From positions 288,001 through 352,000 of the forward strand of contig CAWCUS010000006.1 in NCBI GenBank assembly GCA_963798845.1: a DNA stretch of 64,000 nucleotides, given 5' to 3'. Each line of letters starts with the position of its first letter. Position 1 is the stretch's first letter. The stretch comes from an uncultured Gemmatimonadales bacterium. GTDB lineage: Bacteria > Gemmatimonadota > Gemmatimonadetes > Longimicrobiales > RSA9. The notes below the pieces were generated by a model. The model was given only the letters and a program-made list of their open reading frames with translations. It searched no databases and was not told where the DNA came from. Position numbers and translations under genes: made by a program. Below are positions 9,610-19,981 of the stretch, piece after piece.

Positions 9610-11457
9610 CTAAACGGCGCGGCCGCTCGCCCCGTCCAGCCGACTGCCGCACTCGCCGCAGAACCGCCAGTGCGGACGAGCGCGCGCGCCGCAGGCGCAC
9701 CGCCGTGCGAGGTCACCACCGCACTGCGGGCAGAACAGGTGCTCCCGCGCGACGCGCGCCCCGCACGACCGGCACAGGCGGGCGTCGTCCGACAGCAGCG
9801 CCAGCAGTGGACGGATCTCCTCCAGAGTCGTCAGACCGGCTTCTACTTTCGCCCACGCGTTCACCGCGAGCGGCACCATTCCGGCGGCCATGGCCGCTTC
9901 CCGTACGGCGTCCGTGGGCGCGGCCTCCAGGATGAGCTCTCGCACGCGGGCGTCCACCTTGAGGAGCTCGAAGACGCCCACCCGGCCGTGATACCCGGTA
10001 CCATGGCACCGCTCGCACCCGACGGGGCGGGGGAGGTGCGGAGGCGTGGGGAGCCCGAGCTCGTGCAGCACATCCTCGGTTGCCGGGGCCGCGGTACAGC
10101 ACTCGGGACAGAGCCGCCGCACCAGCCGCTGTGCGAGCACCCCGACCAGGCCGCCCGCCACCAGGTAACGCGGCGCCCCCATCTCCACCAGTCGCGACAC
10201 CGCCCCGGGGGCGTCGATGGTGTGGAGCGTGGACAGCACCAGGTGCCCCGTCAGCGCTGCCGCCAGCCCGACCTCGGCGGTCTCCCGATCCCGCATCTCG
10301 CCCACCAGGATCGTGTCCGGGTCCTGCCGGAGCACGCTCCGGAGCGCCGCCGCGAACGTGAGGCCCGCCTTCGGGTGGACCTGCACCTGCGTGGTCCGCT
10401 CCACCCGGTACTCCACCGGATCCTCCAGCGCGATGAGGTTCCGGCCATCCCGGTCTTGCGACTCCAGGACCGCATACAGCGTCGTGGTCTTGCCACTCCC
10501 TGTCGGACCCGTCACCAGGAAGAGCCCGTGCTCCCGGTTCAGCGCGCCGGCCAGCGCCTGCCGCAGCGGGGGGTCCATGCCCAGGTGGTCGAGCGAGCGA
10601 CGTGCGCTCCGGGGATCGAGCAGCCGCAGCACCACCTTCTCCCCGTCCGCCGCCGGGAGCGTGCTCACCCGCACCCCCACGCGCTGCCCGTCCACCACGA
10701 TGGCGCTCCGCCCGTCCTGCGGACGCCGCTTCACGGCGATGTCGAGCCCGGCCATGATCTTGATCCGGGAGGTCACAGCCGAGGCCGACGAAGGCGGCAG
10801 CTCCAGCAGCGGCCGCAACACGCCGTCCACTCTCGCCCGCACCCGGATCCGATCGCTCGCCGGCTCAATGTGGATGTCGCTCGCACCTGCGCCCACGGCG
10901 CGGTCCAGCAGCAGGTTCACCAGCGCGACCACCGGCGGCGCCTCCGACGCCTGGCGGAGCACGTCGTCCCTTTCGTCCACCGTCGACGGCCCCTCGCCCG
11001 CGCCTTCGCCGAGACGGCGCAGCACAGTGCGCACGGCCTCCTCCCCGTACGCCTCCGCCAGGCCGCCACCCACCGCCGCCTCCGTCGCGACCACCGGCTC
11101 CACGCGACGCCCCGTCCGGAACTGGAGGTCGTCCACGGCCGCTCCGTTCAGCGGGTCGGCCATGGCCACCCTCAACACCCGGGTCGTCGCCGCCAGCGGC
11201 ACGATCCGGAGCCGCAGGGCCAGGGCGCGCGGCACGAGCGCGAGCGCCTCCGGCTCCGGCGCGAGCGGGGGCGACGCGTACGTCAGCCGGAGCTGCCGGG
11301 ACAGCGCCCGCGCCACCGCTTCCGGGTCCAGCCCCCGTCGGACCAGGATCGCACCGATCCGCTCGCGCGTCTCGCCCTGCTCCGCCAGCGCGGCTTCCAC
11401 CTCCGCCTCGCTCGCTTCGCCGCCCTCAACCAGGACTCGCCCCAACATGGTCGCCAT
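9610..11457 (-). CDS. GspE/PilB-family secretion ATPase with N-terminal MshEN-like motifs and C-terminal double zinc ribbon
   Basis: ASDIHIEP, GPTGSGKTTTLY, EDPVEY, LRQDPD, GEMRD, TGHLVLSTLH; C-terminal CxxC/CPxC/CxC/CxxC. Confidence 0.93.
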   Translation of the reverse strand: MATMLGRVLVEGGEASEAEVEAALAEQGETRERIGAILVRRGLDPEAVARALSRQLRLTYASPPLAPEPEALALVPRALALRLRIVPLAATTRVLRVAMADPLNGAAVDDLQFRTGRRVEPVVATEAAVGGGLAEAYGEEAVRTVLRRLGEGAGEGPSTVDERDDVLRQASEAPPVVALVNLLLDRAVGAGASDIHIEPASDRIRVRARVDGVLRPLLELPPSSASAVTSRIKIMAGLDIAVKRRPQDGRSAIVVDGQRVGVRVSTLPAADGEKVVLRLLDPRSARRSLDHLGMDPPLRQALAGALNREHGLFLVTGPTGSGKTTTLYAVLESQDRDGRNLIALEDPVEYRVERTTQVQVHPKAGLTFAAALRSVLRQDPDTILVGEMRDRETAEVGLAAALTGHLVLSTLHTIDAPGAVSRLVEMGAPRYLVAGGLVGVLAQRLVRRLCPECCTAAPATEDVLHELGLPTPPHLPRPVGCERCHGTGYHGRVGVFELLKVDARVRELILEAAPTDAVREAAMAAGMVPLAVNAWAKVEAGLTTLEEIRPLLALLSDDARLCRSCGARVAREHLFCPQCGGDLARRCACGARARPHWRFCGECGSRLDGASGRAV

Positions 11458-11551
11458 GCCGGATGGTGCGTTTGCCGGAGGGGCAGGGGAATGGCCGGTC
11501 GGGACACACTCGGCGCGTGACGGCGCGGTCGCCGCGCCCTACAATCCTCCC

Positions 11552-12439
11552 ATGATCGAGATCCAGGGGCTCGCAAAGCGCTATGGTCCCCGTGCCGCGC
11601 CGGTCCTCGCCCTGTCGGACGTCACGCTTTCGCTCGGCCCGGGCGTCTGGGCGGTGGTCGGTCCGAACGGCGCGGGCAAGACCACCCTCCTGGGGCTCGT
11701 GCTCGGCTTTCTCCACCCCACCAGCGGCGAGGTCCGCATCGACGGCGTGCGCCCGCGCCGCTATCTCCGGCGACGCGGCGCCGGCTACCTGCCCGAGCGA
11801 TTCAGTCTCCCACCCCAGTGGCCCACCCGCTCCGCCATCACTGCCCTCTCAGGCTTCGACGGGGGCGGCGCCCTGTCCCGGGCCGCCGACGCGCTCGCCC
11901 GCTTCGGTCTCGAGGAGCACGCGGACAAGCCGGTCGGTGCGCTCTCCCGCGGATTGAACCAGCGCCTCGGCCTGGCCCAGGCGCTGACCTCGCCCCACGA
12001 TCTGATCGTCCTCGACGAGCCGACCGAGGGGCTGGACCCGATCTGGCGCGTCCGCTTCCGCGACGTCGTCCACGAGCTCCGACGCCGCGGCGCCACAGTC
12101 CTCCTGGCAAGCCACGAGCTGATGGAGGTGGAACGCCTCGCGGACCACGTGATCCTGCTGGAAAACGGACGGGTCCGCGAGGTGATGGAGACACCGACGG
12201 CCTCGGGCCACAGCCCGCACCGCTACGCCATCGACCTGGTCGTACCCGGTGACGCGGTGGCCGCCGCCTTCCCTGGCGCACACCCGGCCGCGCGGCCGCT
12301 GGTTGTGGAGGTTGCCGACTCCGCGGACCTGTCGCAGCGGCTGGCCGCGCTCCTCCAGGGAGGTGCCATTGTCGCCTCCGTCACCCCCGTGACCGAAGGG
12401 CTGGAAGCGCGCGTCCGACGCACCCTGGGGGACGCGTGA
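11552..12439 (+). CDS. ABC transporter ATP-binding protein
   Basis: GPNGAGKTT, signature LSRGLNQR, VLDEPTEGLD, H-loop ASH. Start MIEIQGL. Confidence 0.92.
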   Translation: MIEIQGLAKRYGPRAAPVLALSDVTLSLGPGVWAVVGPNGAGKTTLLGLVLGFLHPTSGEVRIDGVRPRRYLRRRGAGYLPERFSLPPQWPTRSAITALSGFDGGGALSRAADALARFGLEEHADKPVGALSRGLNQRLGLAQALTSPHDLIVLDEPTEGLDPIWRVRFRDVVHELRRRGATVLLASHELMEVERLADHVILLENGRVREVMETPTASGHSPHRYAIDLVVPGDAVAAAFPGAHPAARPLVVEVADSADLSQRLAALLQGGAIVASVTPVTEGLEARVRRTLGDA

Positions 12440-13206
12440 GCGCCCTGCGTGCGGCGCTCCGCCTCGCCGGCCTCGACCTGCTGGCCCGGCGGCGCCGCAT
12501 CCTCGCGCTCCTGGCGTTCGCCGCCATCTTCCTCGCCGCCGCGGCCGCCGCCCACACGCTGGCCGCGGGTACGGGACGCGTGGACCTGGGCACACTGTAC
12601 CAGCTCGGCGGCTATCCGCTCATGTCCGGGCTGCTGGTGCTCGGCTGGCTCCTCGGCCGTTTTCCTCTCGCCGCCACGCTCGTGCTCATGAGCGGCGTCT
12701 TCTCGGGTGACCGCGAGAGCGGGCTCGCCCGCCTCCTCGCCACCCGGCCGGTGTCGCCATCGCTCCTCTACGGCCTTCGCTTTCTGGTGCTCACCGCGCT
12801 CGCCTTCGCCCTCAGCGCGTTCCTGATGCCCCTCTTCGACCTGATCATCCTCGGACAGTGGGCCGGCCCCGCCACCCTGGTCCTCATCACCGCCCACGTG
12901 CTGGTGTGGGGGGGGCTCACGGCGCTCCTCTCGGTGGTCACGAGCCTGGATGCCTGGCTCACGCTGCTGCTCGCGCTGGTGTCCATGGTCTGGGGCTCCC
13001 TCGGCAGCGCCGGACTGCTGCCCGTGGCGCATCCGATCGCCCAGGTCGTAGGATTCGTACTCCCGCCCCACGCGCAGCTGTTCGCCCTCGAAGGGGCTTT
13101 CGTGGACGTTCAGCCGATCCCGTGGCCGGCGTTCTGGTTCGCCGCCGGGTACGGCGCGGTCGCGCTGCTGCTGGCAGCCTTCTTCGTACGCCGGCGAGAG
13201 ATCTAG
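12436..13206 (+). CDS. ABC-2 type permease
   Basis: About 6 TM helices, DRESG motif, C-terminal RRREI; 4-bp overlap with the ATPase gene. Confidence 0.85.
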   Translation: MSALRAALRLAGLDLLARRRRILALLAFAAIFLAAAAAAHTLAAGTGRVDLGTLYQLGGYPLMSGLLVLGWLLGRFPLAATLVLMSGVFSGDRESGLARLLATRPVSPSLLYGLRFLVLTALAFALSAFLMPLFDLIILGQWAGPATLVLITAHVLVWGGLTALLSVVTSLDAWLTLLLALVSMVWGSLGSAGLLPVAHPIAQVVGFVLPPHAQLFALEGAFVDVQPIPWPAFWFAAGYGAVALLLAAFFVRRREI

Positions 13207-13251
13207 GGAACGGGTCGGCGGAGGGACCGGGAAGAAGGACGGCCGCTGGGG

Positions 13252-14292
13252 TCATGGGTCCACGTCGCCCAGCACGGCCCGCAGCACCGCCCCGGCCACG
13301 TCCCGCAGGTCCCCGAGCGACGCGGCCAGCGCCCGGTGGTCCCGCCCGATCACCACGCCCAGCGCCGGATTCCGGGTGTGCGCCCGTCCCGTGTCTTCGA
13401 TGTTGCCGTGGTCGCTGACCACGAACACCGTGGCGTCCCGGGGCAGGTCGCCGACGACCCCCCCGAGGAAGGCGTCCAGCCGCTCCAGCGCGGCGACCGC
13501 TTCGCCCGGCTTCCCCCGGTGCCCGACCAGGTCCGTCGTGTAGTGGGCGAAGAGCGTCAGGTCGTGGGCAGCCACGATCCGGGCCAGGTGGGCCCCCGCT
13601 TCGGCCGCTGAAGGGAGGGGGAGCGATGTCCTCCCCAGGTGGCGGATCCAGCCTTCGTTGGTGATCTCGCTGGCCACGGCTTCGCCGGCAGCCAGAGCGG
13701 CCGTGTGGCGGGTGAGGGCGCGCGCCCCGAGGGCGGCCAGCGGCGGACCCGCGCGCAGCGGGCCGAGCCGTCGACTTGCCAGCAGCCGTGCCAGGGCGAC
13801 CTCGTCCCCGCCAGCCGCCTCATCCCTGTCCGCGCCGCCGAGCGCACGCCGGACCAGCTCCTCGGGGTACGCGTTGGCGAACGCTACCCGCCGCCCCCGC
13901 TCCCTCGCCACGGCCAGCATACTCCGCCCCGCCACCAGCGGGCGGAGTGCCGTCGGGACCCAGGGGCCATGGTGGCGGCCGAATCGGCGGACGGCGTCTT
14001 CGCCGGTGAGGAGCGTGGCGTGACCGGTCCCGCTCTGGGGCAGCCCGGGGACACCCAGCGTGGCGTCCACGCCCACGAGACTGGCCCGGGTGCCGTGGTA
14101 CGGGGCGGCCTCGGCCGCCGGGATGCGACCATCGAGGAGCGCTTCCAGCGTGGGTAGCCGGGCGGCCGTGAACGGGTTGGCGGATGTGGCCGGGCCCAGC
14201 CCCACGCCGTCCACGAACAGGAGCAGCGCGCGGCCCGGCCCCGGGGGAGCGCCATCGTCGGCGACGCTCCGGCCCGGGGGCCGTGGCGTCAG
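13252..14292 (-). CDS. Alkaline-phosphatase-superfamily metalloenzyme (phosphoglycerate/phosphopentomutase-like)
   Basis: LLLFVDGVG, PQSGTG, TDLVGH, SDHGN, AHTRNP. Start is uncertain; the frame is open upstream of the listed 14214. Confidence 0.8.
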   Translation of the reverse strand: MTPRPPGRSVADDGAPPGPGRALLLFVDGVGLGPATSANPFTAARLPTLEALLDGRIPAAEAAPYHGTRASLVGVDATLGVPGLPQSGTGHATLLTGEDAVRRFGRHHGPWVPTALRPLVAGRSMLAVARERGRRVAFANAYPEELVRRALGGADRDEAAGGDEVALARLLASRRLGPLRAGPPLAALGARALTRHTAALAAGEAVASEITNEGWIRHLGRTSLPLPSAAEAGAHLARIVAAHDLTLFAHYTTDLVGHRGKPGEAVAALERLDAFLGGVVGDLPRDATVFVVSDHGNIEDTGRAHTRNPALGVVIGRDHRALAASLGDLRDVAGAVLRAVLGDVDP

Positions 14293-17200
14293 CCTGCGTC
14301 CTCCGCTTCCGGCTCCTCCTCGGGGATCATGGTCCGCTGCACGGCTTCCATGTTGCGGGCCTGGAGGAGCTGGTTGAAGCGGGCGAGGTCCCGATCCAGG
14401 ATGCCGTTCAGCCGATCGAGCTGCTGGCCCAGCTCCCCGGAGAGCTGCTCGAAGACCTCGTGGCTCTGCTTCGTGGGGCGCCCCTCCGACCGCTGAACCA
14501 CGCCCAGGAGCGCCGCGAGCTTGTTGTTCAGCTTGATCGGGAAATTGAGCGGGTCCTGGTTGCTCCGGTTCCTGACCTGGTAGATCTCGCCCTCGACGTC
14601 GGCCATCGCCGCCAGCAGCTCGTTCCCCGTCGACTTCAGCTCCGCGTCATCCGGCTTCTCGTCGATCCGGGTCTGCACCTGGTTCCGGATCCCCCGGATC
14701 AGCCGCACGGCGTCGTTCGCCGCGCTTACGCGATCGCGGATCTGCATGCTGAACCGGAACTGCTCCGCCAGGTCCGCCGTCGTCACGTGCGGCAGCCGGG
14801 GATCGGGGAGGATCCGGAACGTCCGCGTCTGCGTCTTGCCGTCGGTCGTCAGGCGAACGGTGTACTCCCCGGGAGGCGCCACGGGACCGTAGCGCACCGA
14901 GCCCGCCCACAGGATGATCCCCGGGAACGTGGTGGCGCCAGGGAAGCGGAGCGACCACGTGAACGTGTTCATCCCCGCCTTCATCGGGGGCGACGACGGA
15001 CCGGCCGCGCGACGCGGCCCCTCCTCGTCTTCCTCCTCTTCCGCAGCCGGCTTCTTCTTCGTCGAGTCGGCGGGCGGCTCCCCCTTCCACGAGTCGATCA
15101 CCTTGCCGTCCGATTCCAGGATCGCGAGCTCCAGCGACTTCGGCGCCTTCTCCAGGTGGTAGGCCACCCGCAGCGGACCGCTCACCCCGACCACCGGGTC
15201 GTCCGGCTGGAAAAGGTGCACGGGGGCAGCGGCCACCTGCGGTGTGAGCTGCCGCAGCGGGGAGATGTCGTCCATGATCCAGAAGCCGCGGCCGTGCGTT
15301 GCGATCACCAGGTCGTTCCCCTGCACCATCAGGTCGGCCACCTGCGTCACGGGCAGGTTCCGCGACAGCGACTGCCAGCGCGCGCCGTCGTCCCAGCTCA
15401 CGTACACGCCCGTCTCCGTCCCCGCGAACAGCAGCCCCGGGCGCACCGGGTCCTCGCGAACCGCGCGCGTGAAGGCGCCCACCGGCATGCCCGCGGAGAT
15501 GTCGATCCACGTCTTGCCGCAGTCACTGGTTCGGTAGGCGTACGGCTTCTGGTCGCCCAGCAGATAACGGTTGGCCGCCACGTAGGCCCTGCACACGTCA
15601 TGAGGCGAAGCGTCGATCATGCTGATGCGGCTGAGCCGCGGCAGCTGCGGTGGCGTGATGTCCGTCCAGTGCGCGCCGCCATCGCGCGTGATGTGGACGA
15701 GACCGTCATCCGAGCCGGCCCAGAGCGTGAGCGAATCCTGCAGCGACGGCGCCAGCGTGAACACCGTGGCGAACGTCTCGACGCCGGTCTGGTCCTTCGT
15801 GATCGGCCCGCCGCTCGGGCCCATCGTGGCCGTGTCCGCCAGCGTCAGGTCCGGGCTGATCTGTTCCCAGCTCCGGCCCGCCGTGGTGGTCTTCCACACA
15901 TGTTGCGAGGTGGCGTACAGCACATCCGGGTTCTCCGGCGAGAACACGATCGGGAACGTCCACTGGAAACGCTCCGTGATGTCCTCCGACGAGTAGCCCA
16001 TCGGGTTGTCCGGCCACGGGTTCACCATGGAGCTGAGGCCGGTGTCCCGATCGTATCGCTCCAGGTACCCGCCGTAGCTGCCGCCGTACGTCACGGCCGG
16101 GTCCTCCGGATCCACCGCGATGTAGCCGCTCTCCCCGCCCGCCACGCGATAGAAGCTCTCCGGACCGCCGTCGCTCGGCATGCACAGCGTGCTGTTGTCC
16201 TGCTGTGCGCCGCACACGTGGTACGGGATGTCGCTCGTCGTGGTGACGTGGTAGATCTGCGCGGTCGAGATGTCCTGGTCCGTCCACGTCTCACCGCCGT
16301 TCACGCTCACGTTCGCGCCGCCGTCGTTGCCGTTGATCATCCGCTGGTCGTCGCCGGGCGCGATCCAAAGGTCGTGGTTGTCGCCGTGCGGCACCCGGAA
16401 GCGCGTCGGAAACGTCTTGCCCGCGTCCGTCGACTTGTAGAACGCCGTGTTCAGGACGTAGACCACGTCCTTCTCCTGCGGGTCGGCGTAGATGCGCGTG
16501 TAGTAGAATGCCCGCTGGCGCAGCTTCCGCTCGTCGTTCGTCTTCGTCCACGTGGCGCCGCCGTCGTCGCTGCGGAACACGCCGCCCTCCGCCGCCTCCA
16601 CGATGGCGTAGACGCGCTGGGCGTCCACGGGCGAAACGCTGACACCGATCTTGCCGAGCGGCCCCTCCGGCATCCCGGGGTTGTCGCTCAGCAGGTCCCA
16701 GGTCTTCCCGCCGTCCGTGGTCTTGTACAGACCGCTCCCCGGCCCGCCGCTCGACATCCCCCACGGCTTCCGCCACACCTGCCACATGGCGGCGTACGCA
16801 GTGCTGGGATCAGCCGGGTCGAGGCTGAGCTCCACCGCGCCAGTGCTGTCGTTGACGGCGAGCAGCTGATCCCACGTCTTTCCGCCGTCGGTGCTGCGAT
16901 ACACCCCCCGCTCCGTGTTCGCGTCGCCGTAGTGCCCCAGCGCCGCCACCCACACGTCGTCGCAGTCCTTCGGATCGATCCGGACCTTCGAGATGTTCCT
17001 CGACGCTTCCAGGCCGACGTGCGTCCACGTCTTTCCCGCGTCCGTGGTCCGGTACACGCCGTCGCCCGGCATCACGTTTCCCCGCAGGTCCGACTCCCCG
17101 GTGCCCATGTAGACCACGTCGGCGTTCGCCTCGCACACCGCCACCGCTCCCACGCTGGAGCTCTGGATCTGGCCGTCCGTCACCGGCCGCCACGTGGTCC

Positions 17201-17465
17201 CGCCATCCGTGGTCTTCCACACACCCCCGCCCGTGGCCCCGAAGTAGTACTCGTTCTCGCGCGCGTCGCTGCCCGCCACCGCGATGGACCGGCCGCCCCT
17301 GGCCGGGCCGAGGTTGCGCCAGCGGAACGGCTGGAGCATCTCGGCGGAATAGGCCGGCTTCGGCGCCGTTGTGCCTTGCGCCATGGTGCTTGCCGGCGCG
17401 CACGCGGAAACCGTCACGGCCATGAGGCCCGCGACGTACAGTGGGATACGGCGGCTTCGGCGCAT
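14289..17465 (-). CDS. Secreted VPS10/BNR-repeat beta-propeller protein (glycosyl-hydrolase-like), probable lipoprotein
   Basis: WRNLGPARGGRS, many (S/T)xDGGxTW BNR repeats, PHGDNHD, GNDGG. Confidence 0.9.
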   Translation of the reverse strand: MRRSRRIPLYVAGLMAVTVSACAPASTMAQGTTAPKPAYSAEMLQPFRWRNLGPARGGRSIAVAGSDARENEYYFGATGGGVWKTTDGGTTWRPVTDGQIQSSSVGAVAVCEANADVVYMGTGESDLRGNVMPGDGVYRTTDAGKTWTHVGLEASRNISKVRIDPKDCDDVWVAALGHYGDANTERGVYRSTDGGKTWDQLLAVNDSTGAVELSLDPADPSTAYAAMWQVWRKPWGMSSGGPGSGLYKTTDGGKTWDLLSDNPGMPEGPLGKIGVSVSPVDAQRVYAIVEAAEGGVFRSDDGGATWTKTNDERKLRQRAFYYTRIYADPQEKDVVYVLNTAFYKSTDAGKTFPTRFRVPHGDNHDLWIAPGDDQRMINGNDGGANVSVNGGETWTDQDISTAQIYHVTTTSDIPYHVCGAQQDNSTLCMPSDGGPESFYRVAGGESGYIAVDPEDPAVTYGGSYGGYLERYDRDTGLSSMVNPWPDNPMGYSSEDITERFQWTFPIVFSPENPDVLYATSQHVWKTTTAGRSWEQISPDLTLADTATMGPSGGPITKDQTGVETFATVFTLAPSLQDSLTLWAGSDDGLVHITRDGGAHWTDITPPQLPRLSRISMIDASPHDVCRAYVAANRYLLGDQKPYAYRTSDCGKTWIDISAGMPVGAFTRAVREDPVRPGLLFAGTETGVYVSWDDGARWQSLSRNLPVTQVADLMVQGNDLVIATHGRGFWIMDDISPLRQLTPQVAAAPVHLFQPDDPVVGVSGPLRVAYHLEKAPKSLELAILESDGKVIDSWKGEPPADSTKKKPAAEEEEDEEGPRRAAGPSSPPMKAGMNTFTWSLRFPGATTFPGIILWAGSVRYGPVAPPGEYTVRLTTDGKTQTRTFRILPDPRLPHVTTADLAEQFRFSMQIRDRVSAANDAVRLIRGIRNQVQTRIDEKPDDAELKSTGNELLAAMADVEGEIYQVRNRSNQDPLNFPIKLNNKLAALLGVVQRSEGRPTKQSHEVFEQLSGELGQQLDRLNGILDRDLARFNQLLQARNMEAVQRTMIPEEEPEAEDAG

Positions 17466-17679
17466 CCTCGCCTTCCTCTCTGCAGGTGGTCGATGGGACG
17501 GGGAAGGCCGGTAGAGTGGCCGCAGCGGCTTGGCGGTGTCAAGCGGAGGCAGGGCGCCACCGCACCCCCACTTGCCTCATCCCCTCATCCGCGTCATCTC
17601 ACGATGCGCACCCGAACCCCCGCGCAACCCGGGGGTACACGTGCCCATCGGAGATCTACGAGCAGCGAGGAATGCGGAG

Positions 17680-18255
17680 ATGGTGGAGTTCACCGATAGA
17701 GCCCGCGAGATGGTCCTTCAGTACGCGGACGCCATGGACAGGCCCGCGGTCCGGATCGCGGTGCACGGCAGCCCCTTCGCGCCGCAGTACGAGTTCGCCC
17801 TGGTGGAGGACGGCGCCCGCCCGGAAGACGAAGTGATCCAGCTGGACGGCTTCCGTGTCCTGGTGGATCCGGACAGCGTGGAGAAGATCCGCGGCTCGAT
17901 CATCGAGTGGGTGGAGCAGGAGCAGCGGACCGGCTTCGAGGTTCGCAACCCGAACGTCCGCAGGCTCGGGGAGGTGGCGCCGGAAGGACCCATGGCGGAG
18001 CGGGTCCGCCACGTGCTGGAGACGCAGGTGAACCCCGGTGTCGCATCACACGGTGGGCGCATCTCGCTCGTCAATGTGGACGGAAACGATGTCTACCTCG
18101 AGCTCGGGGGCGGCTGCCAGGGGTGCGGCATGGCTCGCGTGACCCTGAAGCAGGGCGTCGAGCGCATGCTGCGCGAGGCGATCCCCGACATCGGCCAGGT
18201 CATCGACGCGACCGACCACGCCGCCGGGGCCAACCCGTACTACGCCCGGACTTGA
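17680..18255 (+). CDS. nfuA: Fe-S biogenesis protein NfuA (degenerate A-type domain + NifU domain)
   Basis: N-terminal FTDRARE...VLVDPDS; C-terminal VNPGVASHGG...GGGCQGC...TDHAAGANPYY. Confidence 0.88.
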   Translation: MVEFTDRAREMVLQYADAMDRPAVRIAVHGSPFAPQYEFALVEDGARPEDEVIQLDGFRVLVDPDSVEKIRGSIIEWVEQEQRTGFEVRNPNVRRLGEVAPEGPMAERVRHVLETQVNPGVASHGGRISLVNVDGNDVYLELGGGCQGCGMARVTLKQGVERMLREAIPDIGQVIDATDHAAGANPYYART

Positions 18256-18360
18256 GTCACCGCGCCCGGCCTCTGCCCGCCCGCGGCGGGCGGGGCCGGC
18301 GCGGGGCACGTCCGCACCACCGCTCCTCGTCCACGCACGTCCGCCGGCGACCCTGAGCCC

Positions 18361-19914
18361 ATGACGCCCACAGGCGGCTCGCTCGTGCAGTGGTTCCGGG
18401 AGCAGGAGCTGCTCCGCGGCCCCTTCCTCTTCGTCGACTACTGGGCCAACGTCCTCGGCCTCGACGGGATCATCCCGGACGAGCACATCGAGGGTGGGTA
18501 CGTGGATCCCCCCCTCTTCCGACTGGGCATCGACCGCCCCGACGTCGAGACACCCCGTCTCTGGTCCTATTACCTCCTCTTTCTCTTCGGCCCGTTCCTG
18601 TTCGCGTTCCGCTCCTTCCGGAGGCTCGGCCGATACCGCCTGCGCTTCGCGAGCCGCCGCGCGGCCGACGTGCAGGCGGCGCTGGCGCCGTTCCGGCTGC
18701 GGCTCGACCCCGCGCAGCCGCCGGCCGGACGCGGATCCGGCCTCGGCCCCGGGCCACGCTGCGACGTCAGCCTCGGCGAGACCGTCCTGGCCCGCGACCT
18801 CCTCGACCCCTACCGCGTCGCCGGCTTCAGCTCGCTCTTCTGGGCGGCCAACAAGCTCCCGGTGGCTTCGTTCTCGGGGCTCATGGTGGTGGGCGTGGCT
18901 GCCCCCGTGCTCCGCGCCACGCATCTCCTCGGTGTGACCGCTCACTACTGGATACCCGTGGGATTCCCGCTCCTGGTCCTGGTGCTGTACGGCCTCTTCC
19001 GGGAATGGGCCACGGCCATTCTCGGCGGCCTGCCGATCCTCATGGGGACCTTCCTGGTGGGCGTGCTGAACCCGTCCACCCCGACCGACTGGTCCGTGTT
19101 CTTCTGGGCGCTGGCCGGGATCTACGTCCTTTACCTGCTGGCGGACGCGTTCTTCCTTCCCCGCCCCGTCCCGCCGGTCCTCCTCCTCTACACCCGCACA
19201 GGCCCCGGGCGGCCATACAGCCGAACGCAGGACGAGCCGTGGTGGCTCGAGGGCGAGGCGTACTGGGTGTGGCGGTACCTCCTCCTCTCACCGGCGGAGG
19301 TCAACAAGTTCTGGGAGCGGGACTGGGAGCGCGTGGACCTGTGGATCCGCGCCGACGGTCCCGAGGCGGGGCGCCTCGAATGGGTCGTCACCGACCTCCA
19401 TTATCGCGAGCTATGGGTCCCGTACGAGAAGCTCGCGGATCCAGAGACCCTGGAGCGCCAGCGCGACAAGGCCGCGGCGGCAGTCCGCGGCGACGGGACG
19501 GGCATCTGGCTGGTGGAGGTGGACGCGGACCTGATCTTCCACTCGCCGGTGTTTCGCGCCGTGACGTTCCTTACGGACCGCGGCGGGGTTCCGGTGCGCG
19601 GCCTCACCCACGTGCTCCGCTCCCTCTGGAAGCGTGTGCGCGATGACGACGTCCGGGACCCGCTGCGCGCCCTCCGACGCATCCGCATGGAGGCCGGAGT
19701 GGACATCCTCGGCGATATCCCGGAGATCATCAGCCGGCGCGCCGAGCAGAGGATCCTCGCCGAGCCGTGGACGTACTGGCGCTATCCCCTCGGCGCGGCC
19801 CGCGCCCGCACACCCCGCGTCTACGAGCCGCTGCGGCCCCTGGCCCCGCCCGCCGCCGCAGACCCGGCGCTCCAGGTGAAGGCGCCCGCCACGACGGCGG
19901 TCGGAGGCGGATAG
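18361..19914 (+). CDS. Hypothetical membrane protein
   Basis: 517-aa ORF with host codon usage, central TM cluster and Trp-rich soluble C-terminal domain. Confidence 0.75.
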   Translation: MTPTGGSLVQWFREQELLRGPFLFVDYWANVLGLDGIIPDEHIEGGYVDPPLFRLGIDRPDVETPRLWSYYLLFLFGPFLFAFRSFRRLGRYRLRFASRRAADVQAALAPFRLRLDPAQPPAGRGSGLGPGPRCDVSLGETVLARDLLDPYRVAGFSSLFWAANKLPVASFSGLMVVGVAAPVLRATHLLGVTAHYWIPVGFPLLVLVLYGLFREWATAILGGLPILMGTFLVGVLNPSTPTDWSVFFWALAGIYVLYLLADAFFLPRPVPPVLLLYTRTGPGRPYSRTQDEPWWLEGEAYWVWRYLLLSPAEVNKFWERDWERVDLWIRADGPEAGRLEWVVTDLHYRELWVPYEKLADPETLERQRDKAAAAVRGDGTGIWLVEVDADLIFHSPVFRAVTFLTDRGGVPVRGLTHVLRSLWKRVRDDDVRDPLRALRRIRMEAGVDILGDIPEIISRRAEQRILAEPWTYWRYPLGAARARTPRVYEPLRPLAPPAAADPALQVKAPATTAVGGG

Positions 19915-19981
19915 GGCCCGCCCTCCACCGGAGGCGACGGGTCCGGGCGCTCGGCTTGATCCGCGCTGAGCTCGGCGCCTT

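Noticed and set aside
14184..17699. 1171-aa plus-strand ORF, and similar long antisense ORFs such as 51945-54623, 9577-11520 and 4072-5817
   Set aside because: Shadow ORFs opposite well-supported genes; Arg/Pro-rich with no motifs, as expected in high-GC DNA.
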